Of a DNA stretch of 64,000 nt, positions 63,517-64,000 are shown piece by piece; position 1 is the stretch's first letter; each line of letters begins with the position of its first letter. The notes below the pieces were generated by a model. The model did not search any database. It worked only from the letters and a program-made list of their open reading frames with translations, and was not told where the DNA came from. The DNA is from Pocillopora damicornis (taxonomy: Eukaryota): the NCBI RefSeq assembly GCF_003704095.1, contig NW_020846784.1, forward strand, positions 1-64,000, given 5' to 3'. The translations under genes and the position numbers were made by a program.

Positions 63517-64000
63517 CTATATCTCATATCTTCTAAACTTGCTGATATGTCTCCCTTGCTTGGAACCCCATCCATGTCTCTTGTGCAACTTTGTGACTTT
63601 GAAAATGTCATCATTAGGTGACACTAAGTGTTTTGCCTTAAGGTTCCCATCAAAGAATTCGTCAAGAGGATTTTCTTCAACTAAAGTAAAAAATATAAAA
63701 AAAAAACTTCAGAAAGTCAGAGTGTGCTCTTAATGACTATGACAGAGCTAAGTAAAGCTACAAGAAGATTCTCAAGCACTCTTGCAATTTCCCAAGATTA
63801 CTTAATTTATTTGTAGTTGAACAGAACGTAGGAACAGAATTTTTGACATAGGGATTAAATACTTTTTCAGCTAGGATGATTTCAAAACCCCATGAAATTA
63901 TCTGTTACCCATGCCAGAGGAGACCCTTGAGTTGTAACTCACCTTTTCCGTAGTCAAGCATGAGTTCTTTTCTTGGTTTGGCAGCCCAGTGTAATGATGA
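63517..64000 (-). CDS. 3' exons of an unidentified protein-coding gene running off the window
   Basis: Exon >64000-63943 (GTGAG donor) joined to 63680-63517 (TAG acceptor) reads SSLHWAAKPRKELMLDYGKVEENPLDEFFDGNLKAKHLVSPNDDIFKVTKLHKRHGWGSKQGRHISKFRRYEI*. Family not recognised. Confidence 0.55.

Overview
AT-rich, intron-containing animal genomic DNA. The repeat families and gene content suggest a stony coral or other anthozoan (inference). I reconstructed spliced gene models by hand from splice signals and reading-frame phase. In order: the last exon of COPS9; three tandem LAMP-family paralogues (5 exons each, identical intron phases, mucin stalk + one LAMP domain + TM + GYxxPhi tail); an intronless BTG3/BTG4-type gene; UFC1; two convergent aminergic-like class A GPCRs with single-exon CDS; a 10-exon SLC24/NCKX exchanger; RSRC1 (two microexons); a C6orf89-like gene head-to-head with CLHC1; and the 3' end of an unidentified gene. 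The best candidate for an undescribed system is the LAMP triplet: each copy keeps its own CLEAR/M-box-like element, but their cytoplasmic tails place the sorting motif at three different distances from the membrane. Also notable are two GPCRs that keep Asp3.32 but lack the TM3-ECL2 disulfide, and a cluster of Penelope-type hammerhead-like cores inside an inverted repeat in a UFC1 intron. No CRISPR array, rRNA or bona fide tRNA was seen. All family assignments come from motif recognition, not database searches.
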